Shown: positions 18,668 through 26,143 of the stretch, in pieces
Layout: every line of letters starts with the position of its first letter
Numbering within the stretch: position 1 is the stretch's first letter
Source of the DNA: Candidatus Moranbacteria bacterium GW2011_GWC2_40_12
GTDB taxonomy: Bacteria > Patescibacteriota > Minisyncoccia > Moranbacterales > UBA11712
Length of the DNA: 64,000 nucleotides
Direction: 5' to 3'
Assembly: GCA_000995965.1 (NCBI GenBank)
Contig: LBYD01000003.1
Span: 17,713-81,712 of the forward strand
Position numbers and translations under genes: made by a program
Notes under the pieces: generated by a model
Databases searched by the model: none
What the model saw: only the letters and a program-made list of their open reading frames with translations
Told to the model about the DNA's origin: nothing

Positions 18668-18826
18668 TTATCCACAAAGTGGCCTAGTTATCCCCACTTC
18701 TATCCACTTTGCAACACTATGAATACATTTTAATCCACTACTAAACATCAGTCAACACTTCATTCCAAAATAATAAATCGCTTATATAAGCAACGAGGAA
18801 GAGAATCTACGCACAAGTTATCCCCA
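18668..18826 (+). promoter_or_regulatory. cluster of five DnaA-box-like 9-mers in the mraZ / 19007 divergent intergenic region
   Basis: TTATCCACA at 18668-76 is a perfect match. TTATCCCCA at 18688-96, TATCCACT at ~18700, TAATCCACT at ~18730 and TTATCCCCA at 18818-26 follow. All are in the same orientation and an AT-rich stretch follows at 18840-18960. Confidence 0.45.
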
Positions 18827-19006
18827 TTTCGCACAAAGAATGAACCAAAATAGAAAAACGATAGGAAGTTTATTATTATCTTTTATTTTCTGATGATAAA
18901 AAATCTTGGAGAATTTTTCTATTCATGATTCGCGCCTTTTGATCCGCCCTTGCGCAGTTTTGAAAGCGATTGTATAATTCAAGTGTAATATAAAAACAGA
19001 AACAAA

Positions 19007-19798
19007 ATGCGAGCGGCTGATGGGGGTTTTTTCTTTGCCAGCTCTTCGCAAAATTTTAGAATGCCAAAAAAGAAAAAAAGTGAAAAAGACAACGGTCAGG
19101 AACTCCAAAAAATCGCCGCTATTCGCGAAATGATTGCGAATGCCGAGCGCACAATCGTGTCCGCGCGGGCGATGCTTTCCCAGCTTGAAGGAAAGCCTAT
19201 GAAAAGATCCGCACCGATAATTTCCTCCGACGAAGAGGGAGAAATTGTGGAAGGAGTTTTTGACGGCCAAGTAATGATGGGAACCGACGGAAAGCAATAT
19301 CCCGTCCCGGCTAATTACGCTTCGAAATCGAAATTAGTCGAGGGAGATATGCTGAAACTAACAATCACTCCGGACGGTTCTTTTGTTTATAAACAAATCG
19401 GCCCGGTGGAGCGCAAGCGCCTTATCGGAATCGTGAGTCAGGATGACTTGGGAAATTATGTCGTCCTCGCCGAAGGGAAGGCGTATCGCGTGCTTCTCGC
19501 TTCCGTCACCTACTTCAAGGCCGAGCCGGCCGATGAAGTCACCGTGGTCGTCCCAAGGGACAGCGATTCTGTTTGGGGAGCGATTGAAAATTTGGTGAGA
19601 AAAGGAGTTGGCGGGACGGATTTCTCAGCGGAAGATTTTGGGAAAGAAGAAAATCCAGAAGAGGAAAAGGAGGATAAAATCATCAAAAGCACCAAAGACA
19701 AGCTCGGCCAGGATGGCAAATTGGAAGGTGATTTCATAGATGAGTGGACGCCGGAACTGGAAAAATTGAGAGAAGAAGCCAGTAGGCCTGTGGTTTAA
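19007..19798 (+). CDS. hypothetical protein with acidic C-terminal tail
   Basis: 263-aa ORF with an alternative ATG at 19061 (MPKKKK). Basic N-terminus and E/D-rich C-terminus. No motif recognised. Confidence 0.55.
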   Translation: MRAADGGFFFASSSQNFRMPKKKKSEKDNGQELQKIAAIREMIANAERTIVSARAMLSQLEGKPMKRSAPIISSDEEGEIVEGVFDGQVMMGTDGKQYPVPANYASKSKLVEGDMLKLTITPDGSFVYKQIGPVERKRLIGIVSQDDLGNYVVLAEGKAYRVLLASVTYFKAEPADEVTVVVPRDSDSVWGAIENLVRKGVGGTDFSAEDFGKEENPEEEKEDKIIKSTKDKLGQDGKLEGDFIDEWTPELEKLREEASRPVV

Positions 19799-19808
19799 TT
19801 ATAAGCTC

Positions 19809-20249
19809 ATGGAAGCGAAGAATAAAAAAGGTTTCACCCTCATTGAGCTGTTGGTGGCTATTGGTATTGTGTCAGTCTTGACCGCTGTTGTTTTTGTTTC
19901 GATTAATGGTTATCGAAGAGATGCTCGACAAGCAAAGATATTCGGATCGCTTAATTCAATAGTCACTAGTATATATAGCTGCTTTGGATTTAATGGTAAG
20001 GTTAACGCACCTTCTTCAAATGTTGACATTTGCTCTCTGTCTCCAACATATGGAAAATGGCTGGACTTGTCGATTGAACCAGGCAATTTTGAGTATCTAT
20101 TCGACCCTGCTGTTCTTGTTGAGAATCAATATCTGCCAAAGAAAGATTGGTCTTTTTTGGTCCAAAGCACAAAAGACCAAATAAAGATTTGCTGTAATGA
20201 CCGAATGAAAGGATGTGAAGCAATCGAATACGGCGGCATTTGTGATTAA
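19809..20249 (+). CDS. type IV pilin / pseudopilin (prepilin N-terminal methylation motif)
   Basis: N-terminus KKGFTLIELLVAIGIVSVLTAV (class III signal plus hydrophobic helix). Cys-rich C-terminal domain. Confidence 0.8.
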   Translation: MEAKNKKGFTLIELLVAIGIVSVLTAVVFVSINGYRRDARQAKIFGSLNSIVTSIYSCFGFNGKVNAPSSNVDICSLSPTYGKWLDLSIEPGNFEYLFDPAVLVENQYLPKKDWSFLVQSTKDQIKICCNDRMKGCEAIEYGGICD

Positions 20250-20272
20250 TAATTTAAACAAAAACAAAAATT

Positions 20273-20728
20273 ATGTGCCAAAAAATTTTTTGGAACCTAT
20301 GCAAGAAGTATCCTGTTATTCAGCAATTTTCTAAATTTGTCGTGATCGGAGTAGTTAATACCGGCGTTGATTTTCTCATTCTGAACTTGGAAATGTTTTT
20401 GACCGGCATATCAAAAGGCCCGTATATGCTGGTGCAAAATGCTGTTTCTTTTTCCATAGCGACAGTAAACAGTTATTTTTTCAACAAATATTGGACCTTT
20501 CAGGACAAATCAAATAAAGACAAGGGGAAAAAATTCTCGCAATTTATCGGCGTCAGTATTGTCGGCGTAGCCATCAACAGCTTGATTGTTTTCTCGATAA
20601 CGACATATGTTCCGCCAATGTTTGGCATCAGCAGCGTTCTTTGGGCCAATCTCGCCAAAGTCGCCGCTACCGGAATTTCCCTTATCTGGAATTTTGTCGG
20701 CTACAAATTTTGGGTGTTCAAGAAATAG
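20273..20728 (+). CDS. GtrA-family membrane protein (polysaccharide-synthesis associated)
   Basis: 151 aa with four TM helices. Carries VVIGVVNTGVDFLILNL and a C-terminal NFVGYKFWVFKK motif. Confidence 0.85.
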   Translation: MCQKIFWNLCKKYPVIQQFSKFVVIGVVNTGVDFLILNLEMFLTGISKGPYMLVQNAVSFSIATVNSYFFNKYWTFQDKSNKDKGKKFSQFIGVSIVGVAINSLIVFSITTYVPPMFGISSVLWANLAKVAATGISLIWNFVGYKFWVFKK

Positions 20729-20732
20729 CTAA

Positions 20733-20826
20733 AAGTTCGACTTTAAAGCTTGGCTTTGAGAAATTCCAAAAGGTTCGACCTTGAGGAATTTAAAGCGACA
20801 GCGAAAAAGGGAAAGGTCGAACCTTG
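20733..20826. repeat. three copies of a 13-nt palindrome AAGGTTCGACCTT (third copy inverted) at ~38-bp spacing
   Basis: aagttcgactt at ~20735, aaggttcgacctt at ~20772, aaggtcgaacctt at ~20809. They lie in a convergent 3' intergenic region. Confidence 0.4.
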
Positions 20827-20953
20827 AAAGATAATTGGAATTTGTAAAAAAATTGATTTAACAAGAATCAAGCGCCAAACGCTTTTTTTGTTGTGCAAAG
20901 CAGAATACACCAGTAATCTAGTTTACTGGTGTGAAATATTCTTGCAAGTATAG

Positions 20954-20981
20954 AAAAAGGGGCAATTCGCGAATCGCCCCT
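20954..20981 (-). terminator. rho-independent terminator for the 21017..21355 gene
   Basis: Hairpin ggggcaattcgcgaatcgcccc. On the minus strand it is followed by uuuuucu. Confidence 0.5.
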
Positions 20982-21016
20982 GGTTAAAATTAAGTTCTAA
21001 TTGTAGCCGACTAACA

Positions 21017-21355
21017 CTATTGGTGTAAGTCTTTGACATACAGCCGGAATCCGCCTCCCCATGCCGACCATTGCTCGAGGCTGATAGTATTCTTGGGATT
21101 TATGACCTCCTTGAGTTCCTCGAGTTCTTGGGGATCAAGCTCAAAGCTAGCTTCGCCAAGAAAACCACATTTGGGGTGCTTGAACACGATTTTGCCGTTT
21201 TCAAACACGATATCAGCCGTTCCGTCCGTAAACAGCGCCTTGGGAAAAGTCGCACAAAATTCTATCGATTCTGTGTGCGGCTTGGCGCTTAACTTCACGC
21301 CGTCAATCCTGCCGTCGCCATTCTTTGTCACTTCAAAGACAATTTCGTAGTTCAC
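21017..21355 (-). CDS. hypothetical protein
   Basis: 112-aa ORF with a GTG start and its own terminator. No motif recognised. Confidence 0.5.
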   Translation of the reverse strand: MNYEIVFEVTKNGDGRIDGVKLSAKPHTESIEFCATFPKALFTDGTADIVFENGKIVFKHPKCGFLGEASFELDPQELEELKEVINPKNTISLEQWSAWGGGFRLYVKDLHQ

Positions 21356-21422
21356 AGCCTTCCTCCTTCCTCGATTTTTGCTTCAAAACAAATTATCATC
21401 TAATAGAGATTGTGTCAATATT

Positions 21423-21471
21423 TTTGAATTTTGAATTGTGATTTTGATTTTTGACTTTTGAGTTTTGAATT
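21423..21471. repeat. short heptad-repeat element (TTGAATT/TTGATTT variant) upstream of dnaX
   Basis: tttgaat tttgaat tgtgatt ttgattt ttgactt ttgagtt ttgaatt. Confidence 0.5.
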
Positions 21472-21487
21472 CATATAATGAATCAGT

Positions 21488-23104
21488 ATGAGCACCACCC
21501 TTTACCGAAAATACCGCCCGGCGACTTTTTCTGAAGTTATCGGGCAAAAGCACGTTGTGCAAACTTTGAAAAATTCCATAAAATCCGGCCGCATCGGGCA
21601 GGCTTATCTTTTTGCGGGCCCGCGGGGAACCGGAAAGACTTCGATTGCCCGAATTTTCGCAAAAACCATCAACTGCGCCGCTGACTTGGAAACTAAGTTT
21701 CCAAGTGGCGAACCCTGTCTCAAATGCATCCCATGCAAAAATATTCTTGACGGACGCGCGCTGGACATCATCGAAATTGACGCCGCTTCCCACACGGGAG
21801 TGGATAATATTCGGGAACTCAAAGAAACGGTTCAGCTCCCGCCATCCGCGCTGAAATACAAAGTATACATCATTGATGAAGTCCACATGCTCTCCGGTGG
21901 AGCATTCAATGCGCTTTTGAAAACTTTGGAAGAACCGCCGGCACACGTTATTTTCATTTTGGCGACGACCGAAGTCCACAAAATTCCGGAAACAATTCTT
22001 TCCCGCGTCCAACGGTTTAATTTCACCCGGCTCACCGTTGAAGAAATAACCAGCCGGCTCGAGGATCTGGCAAAACTCGAAAAAGTCAAAGTGGACCGCG
22101 AAGCACTCGAAATCATCGCCACGAGCTCCGAAGGCGGAATGCGGAACGCCGAAAGCCTTCTCGGACAAATCATCGCTCTCGAAGACAAAAAAATCACCAC
22201 CAAAGAAGTGGAGTTTCTTCTCGGGACAATTTCCGAGAAAGAACTGTCTGATTTTGTCGGCGCGATCATTGAAAAAAACATTCCTGAATCTTTTTCAAAA
22301 ATCAGTAAATTGCGGGAATCAGGAATCGATTTCAAAAATTTCGGAAAGTCACTCTTAAACTATCTTCGCCAAATGCTTGTTCTCAAAATAAACCCGGAAC
22401 TTGGAAAAAAATTGTCCTATGAACTGACAAAAGAGAGACTCAAACAGATAAATGACCAGATCAATAATATTGAACTTTCCGAAATTTTGGATCTGATAAA
22501 CACGCTTCAGGAAAATACTGAAAAATTCCGCAACAGTCCCATTCCCCAGTTATTCTTGGAAGTAAGCCTCGCGAAAACGGTTTGCAGACGTCCAGCGCCT
22601 GCAAATACGGCTGCAACACCTGCTAGCTCCAAAAATGAAACTGCTTTGGCCGCGCTTTTGCAAGTTGAGCTTTCAGCCAAGAAAAAAGAAATTGCTTCAA
22701 AAAATGACAAGCCGGAAGAGACAGATGCGAAATTCAGAAATAAGAACGTCAATAATCCCGATGAAGACTTCGGCCTCATTCTTTCCCGTTGGCTGGATAT
22801 CATCGAATCTCTGAAAATTTACAATCATTCCCTCTCTTCAGTGCTTAAAATGTCCCAACCGATGCTGATTGACGGAAAATATCTGATTCTCCGGACAAAA
22901 TATTCTTTCTACAATGACAAAATCTCCGAAACCCAGAACCGGTTGACAATTGAAAAAGCGATTGATAAGATAACCGGCGTTGTTTTGCGGCTAAAAGCCA
23001 TCACGGAAAAAGATTTTTCTTCGCAGTTTCCGGATTTCAAGGAGAAGAAAAGTTTGATCCAAGAAGCGGTCGACATATTCGGCGGCAAGATAGTAAAGGA
23101 ATAG
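21488..23104 (+). CDS. dnaX: DNA polymerase III subunit gamma/tau
   Basis: Carries AGPRGTGKTSIARIFAK (Walker A), the Zn module CxxC...C, a DEVHML Walker B and SRVQRF. Confidence 0.95.
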   Translation: MSTTLYRKYRPATFSEVIGQKHVVQTLKNSIKSGRIGQAYLFAGPRGTGKTSIARIFAKTINCAADLETKFPSGEPCLKCIPCKNILDGRALDIIEIDAASHTGVDNIRELKETVQLPPSALKYKVYIIDEVHMLSGGAFNALLKTLEEPPAHVIFILATTEVHKIPETILSRVQRFNFTRLTVEEITSRLEDLAKLEKVKVDREALEIIATSSEGGMRNAESLLGQIIALEDKKITTKEVEFLLGTISEKELSDFVGAIIEKNIPESFSKISKLRESGIDFKNFGKSLLNYLRQMLVLKINPELGKKLSYELTKERLKQINDQINNIELSEILDLINTLQENTEKFRNSPIPQLFLEVSLAKTVCRRPAPANTAATPASSKNETALAALLQVELSAKKKEIASKNDKPEETDAKFRNKNVNNPDEDFGLILSRWLDIIESLKIYNHSLSSVLKMSQPMLIDGKYLILRTKYSFYNDKISETQNRLTIEKAIDKITGVVLRLKAITEKDFSSQFPDFKEKKSLIQEAVDIFGGKIVKE

Positions 23105-23111
23105 ACACTGG

Positions 23112-23218
23112 AGCGTAATCCCGATTGCATCGGGATAAGGCATCCCGATTTTATCGGGACATTCGTGGGTTCGTCAGGTCATTCGACCTGACGCCCGGTC
23201 GGATGACCGGGCGAATCC
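23112..23218. repeat. array of four consecutive GC-rich hairpins; contains a 14-nt copy of the tRNA-Gln variable-loop/T-arm segment
   Basis: atcccgattgcatcgggat, tcccgattttatcggga, cgtcaggtcattcgacctgacg, cccggtcggatgaccggg. The segment cattcgtgggttcg at 23166-79 is identical to tRNA-Gln positions 44-57. A related hairpin pair lies at 31925-31978. Confidence 0.5.
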
Positions 23219-23233
23219 AAAAATACAATTAAT

Positions 23234-23501
23234 ATGCACTATATATATTCTGTTTCTTTTAAACAGGGATTTATACAAAGGGCGAACTGATGACCTTAGA
23301 AGACGCATCGAGGAACATAGACGAGGCAAAGTTAAATCAACGAGAAATTATTTACCAGTCAAGCTTATTCACTATGAAGCCTATCTCGATAGGAAGGACG
23401 CCGAAAGAAGAGAAACATTTCTAAAAACAACGGAAGGAAGAAGGTTGTTAAAGCAACAGTTAAAAGAATCATTAATAAAATTGAACATCATTAAAAACTA
23501 G
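23234..23501 (+). pseudogene. GIY-YIG nuclease family protein, frameshifted (about 88 aa if restored)
   Basis: Frame A reads MHYIYSVSFKQGF, then frame B reads LYKGRTDDLRRRIEEHRRGKVKSTRNYLPVKLIHYEAYLDRKDAERRETFLK... . Joining across a 1-nt slip in a T-run near 23270 gives the canonical GIY..YxGxTxDLxxRxxxH...E motif order. Confidence 0.6.
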
Positions 23502-23515
23502 TTTTTTCGTAAAGC

Positions 23516-23587
23516 TGGGGCGTCGCCAAGTGGTAAGGCAGGGGCCTTTGAAGCCCCCATTCGTGGGTTCGAATCCTACCGCCCCAG
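23516..23587 (+). tRNA. tRNA-Gln (anticodon UUG)
   Basis: U1-A72 first pair and G73 discriminator. D-arm UCGCCAAGUGGUAAGGCA and anticodon loop CUUUGAA. Near-identical in arm sequences to E. coli tRNA-Gln. No encoded CCA. Confidence 0.85.
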
Positions 23588-23595
23588 CTTTGCGC

Positions 23596-23657
23596 GAAAT
23601 GACTTCTGGGACAGTCCCGATGAAATCGGGATTTATCGGGGTTCGAATCCCTGTCCC
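23596..23657 (+). other. tRNA-like element with intact acceptor/T-arm and genomically encoded CCA but aberrant D/anticodon region
   Basis: Acceptor UGCGCGA/UCCCGCA with one mismatch, again U1-A72 and G73. T-arm CGGGGUUCGAAUCCCUG, then GCAGCCA. The internal region folds as the hairpin cccgatgaaatcggg instead of an anticodon arm. Confidence 0.4.
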
Positions 23658-23737
23658 GCAGCCAAATATTGACAAAAACCCTTCCATTCGCTAGGATTCT
23701 CCTAGCTTTTTATTTTATAGACAGGAGGTTTGGGAGG

Positions 23738-23920
23738 ATGAGCGCACAAAAAAAAGGATATCTGATTAGTGGAGAAAAGACGGAACAAGCCAAGCAGGAA
23801 ATTGCCGCAATCCTACAGAATCTCAAAAACGACACTGGCCTGGCCGTCGAAGCCATCACTGTGAAACATCGCGAGGGCAAAGTGGACCGCATCCACTTCC
23901 AACCCCTCGGCGCCGCTTAG
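23738..23920 (+). CDS. small hypothetical protein (60 aa) with strong SD
   Basis: aggaggtttgggagg immediately precedes the ATG. Followed by the terminator at 23947. The track ORF 23669 is an N-terminal over-extension. Confidence 0.5.
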   Translation: MSAQKKGYLISGEKTEQAKQEIAAILQNLKNDTGLAVEAITVKHREGKVDRIHFQPLGAA

Positions 23921-23946
23921 CCTGCGCCCCTGCCACTATCATTTCC

Positions 23947-23980
23947 CCACCGGCTTGCAGCTAGCCGGTGGCTTTTTTTA
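23947..23980 (+). terminator. rho-independent terminator
   Basis: ccaccggcttgcagctagccggtgg hairpin followed by cttttttta. Confidence 0.6.
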
Positions 23981-24093
23981 TCCAAAATAAAAAGTGGTCA
24001 ATTGCATCCACGTGGACAAATTTGACTACCTCGAAAAAATGGCTAAAAAAATATTTAAAAAACACCCCTCGGCGGTTTTCCGCTTTGGGGTGC

Positions 24094-24666
24094 TCATTTT
24101 TCGCAGGAATTGTGCTTGGCTAAAATTTCTGCGAAAGTGTGAATTTGATGGATGTCTCCATCGAGATGCAGCGTCAGAAATTCTGTATCTGGCCTGACCT
24201 CGGGCATGGCCGAAAGAAATGTTCGGCAATTGCCTCAGGGAAGCAGGGTTGGGTGCAGAAGACCGCTCTTGTGATCCTCTTGCGGCTGGCCGACAATCAC
24301 AACGCCGACAATCAATTCATACCCGGCATGACGCGCAGCTTGAGCAGCAACGGTTTCAGCGCACAAATTTGGCCCATCAGCCACCGGTTTCATATTCGAT
24401 CCCCTGAATATCTTATAAAAATCTTCGATATAATAGGGCTGCGAATTGAAAGCATAAAGCGCGCATCCTACGCAAAAATTCCTGTAGGACATAGCGCAAG
24501 TAGCCGCCATTCTTCTGGCCTCATCGATCAGATACTCGGCAATTTGCCAAAATGCGGGAAGATGAAGATTCTGCATTTCAAAAGCTTTCTCTTCTTCAGA
24601 TAATTCCCTCCAGCGTCTGCGCCGCTCAATGAGTTTTTTATAAGCTTCGACATCCGGTCCGTACAT
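24094..24666 (-). CDS. cytidine deaminase-like protein interrupted by an in-frame TGA at the second zinc-ligand Cys position (pseudogene or recoding)
   Basis: The track ORF 24235..24666 contains AMSYRNFCVGCAL (cf. Cdd APYSKFKVGAAL) and CAETVAAQAA (cf. CAERTAL). Immediately after the TGA the same frame continues GNCRTFLSAM...EFLTLHLDGDIHQIHTFAEIL, matching the Cdd PCGACRQ...VLTNL...ELLP tail. Together that is 190 aa. Confidence 0.55.
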
Positions 24667-24883
24667 CTTCCCTCCTCACCTCCTTTTTTTGTTGATTTTT
24701 CGGACTTCGCAATTTATAATACGTCGCCGGATTTGTCAATAGGCGTAAAAAAACCGAAAATAAATCTTTGGAAAAATAATTAATCCGGTCAATCCGATTT
24801 AAGGACTATCCTTGACTATAATCATAAAAAGAATTACGTAGCTAGTTACGTAATTCTTGAATACTTGAAAATAGTTGCCAGCC

Positions 24884-25813
24884 TTACAGCCCGTATTTCT
24901 TGATCAGTTTTTTGTAAGCCTTGGCCTGTTTTTTTGTGTAGGTCCCGTCTTCAATGCTGTTCATTATTTCCCAATATTTCCGCGAATCTTTCCAGTCGCT
25001 TTTCGCTTTCAAGGTTTTTCCATCGGAAAGGACCGTGATAAGATAAGGATCTTCGTCTTTTTGAGAGCCCTCGAAAGTAATCATCTTCCTGTAGTTCGGC
25101 TGAATGATGCAATAACCGGTGTCGCGAAAATCGTATTCCGGGGCGCATTTCACTCCAGCGACTTCGTGATTCGGCGAAAGAAAAACAATTTTCGCCGTGC
25201 CATATCCGAGCTCTTTCAAAAGGTAAACAATCAAGGACGATTTTTCGCTGCAGATTCCTGAATTTTCAAAAAGCGTTTCGTATGGATAGCGGGATCCGTG
25301 TCCCCGTCCGCTGTCGATGATCTCCGTGCCGGTTGATTTGTTGTAATCATAATCGATATTTTGGACAAGACTTGCAGCCGCCCGCACCCGGTCGCCGGAT
25401 TTTTTGATTTTCTTGTTGAGCCATCGCACCAGCGGCGCCAAAGCCTCCCTCTGATCGGAACGCCCCAATAAGCGGTCATTGTAGCAATCGGCCAGAGTCG
25501 GATATCCCTGGCAGTTGTAATCGGGAAGTGCGAAAATTGTCTGATAGACCGAAGAATCAGTCGGCACTTTATAATTTTTCTTTTTCCCGTTGACCACCGC
25601 TTTCACCTGCTGCTTGCCGTCAAAGGCGGCGCCGGCAGGAAGAGCAAACGATAAAACAAGACCAATCGCGACAATTTTTGTTTTGAGCCTGCCCGAAATG
25701 CTTTGATTGCTTTCTTTTCTTGGCATATCTTTGTTTTTTTGATTTATTTTTTTGTGCCCGGATATTTTCCCGCATTTCAAAGCAGGCGGGCATATTTTTA
25801 TTTTAGTTTTCAT
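24884..25813 (-). CDS. exported transglutaminase-like cysteine protease-fold protein
   Basis: N-terminal hydrophobic segment IVAIGLVLSFALPAGAA. Cys/His pair: ...ENSGICSEKSSLIVYLLKELGY and ...SPNHEVAGVKC, with Cys-His in the order of the transglutaminase-like core. Confidence 0.5.
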   Translation of the reverse strand: MKTKIKICPPALKCGKISGHKKINQKNKDMPRKESNQSISGRLKTKIVAIGLVLSFALPAGAAFDGKQQVKAVVNGKKKNYKVPTDSSVYQTIFALPDYNCQGYPTLADCYNDRLLGRSDQREALAPLVRWLNKKIKKSGDRVRAAASLVQNIDYDYNKSTGTEIIDSGRGHGSRYPYETLFENSGICSEKSSLIVYLLKELGYGTAKIVFLSPNHEVAGVKCAPEYDFRDTGYCIIQPNYRKMITFEGSQKDEDPYLITVLSDGKTLKAKSDWKDSRKYWEIMNSIEDGTYTKKQAKAYKKLIKKYGL

Positions 25814-25866
25814 TATTATACCATGAATGGTATAATTCAGCCACTAAGAGGAACCTGAGAAAAATA

Positions 25867-26130
25867 GTGAAAAGAAATAATTCGTCCGGCTATATCCTTG
25901 TTGTTCTTCTGGTGACAGTTCTTCTTGTCGCTGTTTTTTCTGTTTATCTTATGAATAAGCTCTATTTCAAACAGTCCGATCGGTTGGAAGAAAACGGCCT
26001 TCCCCAAAGCGATATCAACCAGCCTGCCAACGTTCCCAACGCCCAAAACCAGGTTGATGCTGTCAGAAGACAAATGAATGAAATTCAGAAAGATCAAAGC
26101 AAGAAATTGAACGACTCAATGCTTAAATAA
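25867..26130 (+). CDS. small membrane-anchored hypothetical protein
   Basis: 87 aa with a GTG start, a single N-terminal TM helix and a Q/N-rich tail. Confidence 0.45.
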   Translation: MKRNNSSGYILVVLLVTVLLVAVFSVYLMNKLYFKQSDRLEENGLPQSDINQPANVPNAQNQVDAVRRQMNEIQKDQSKKLNDSMLK

Positions 26131-26143
26131 TAACCAAAACAAA

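Noticed and set aside
18923-19297. ORF 18923..19297 (-) overlapping the start of the 19007 gene
   Set aside because: It is antisense to a better-supported plus-strand gene and runs into the AT-rich intergenic region. No motifs.
21383-22335. Minus-strand ORFs 21383..22168 and 21832..22335 inside dnaX
   Set aside because: They are antisense to a highly conserved, full-length dnaX. They have no motifs and a Ser/Arg-rich composition typical of antisense frames.
23514-23588. Reading the Gln tRNA as a 9-bp-acceptor (Sec-like or aberrant) tRNA
   Set aside because: With U1-A72 pairing and G73 it folds as a canonical 72-nt tRNA that nearly matches E. coli tRNA-Gln. The anticodon is UUG, not UCA, and there is no long variable arm.
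24235-24237. Alternative genetic code (UGA=Gly or Trp) as explanation for the in-frame TGA
   Set aside because: clpB and other long conserved genes terminate at TGA and contain no internal TGA. A standard code fits the rest of the window.
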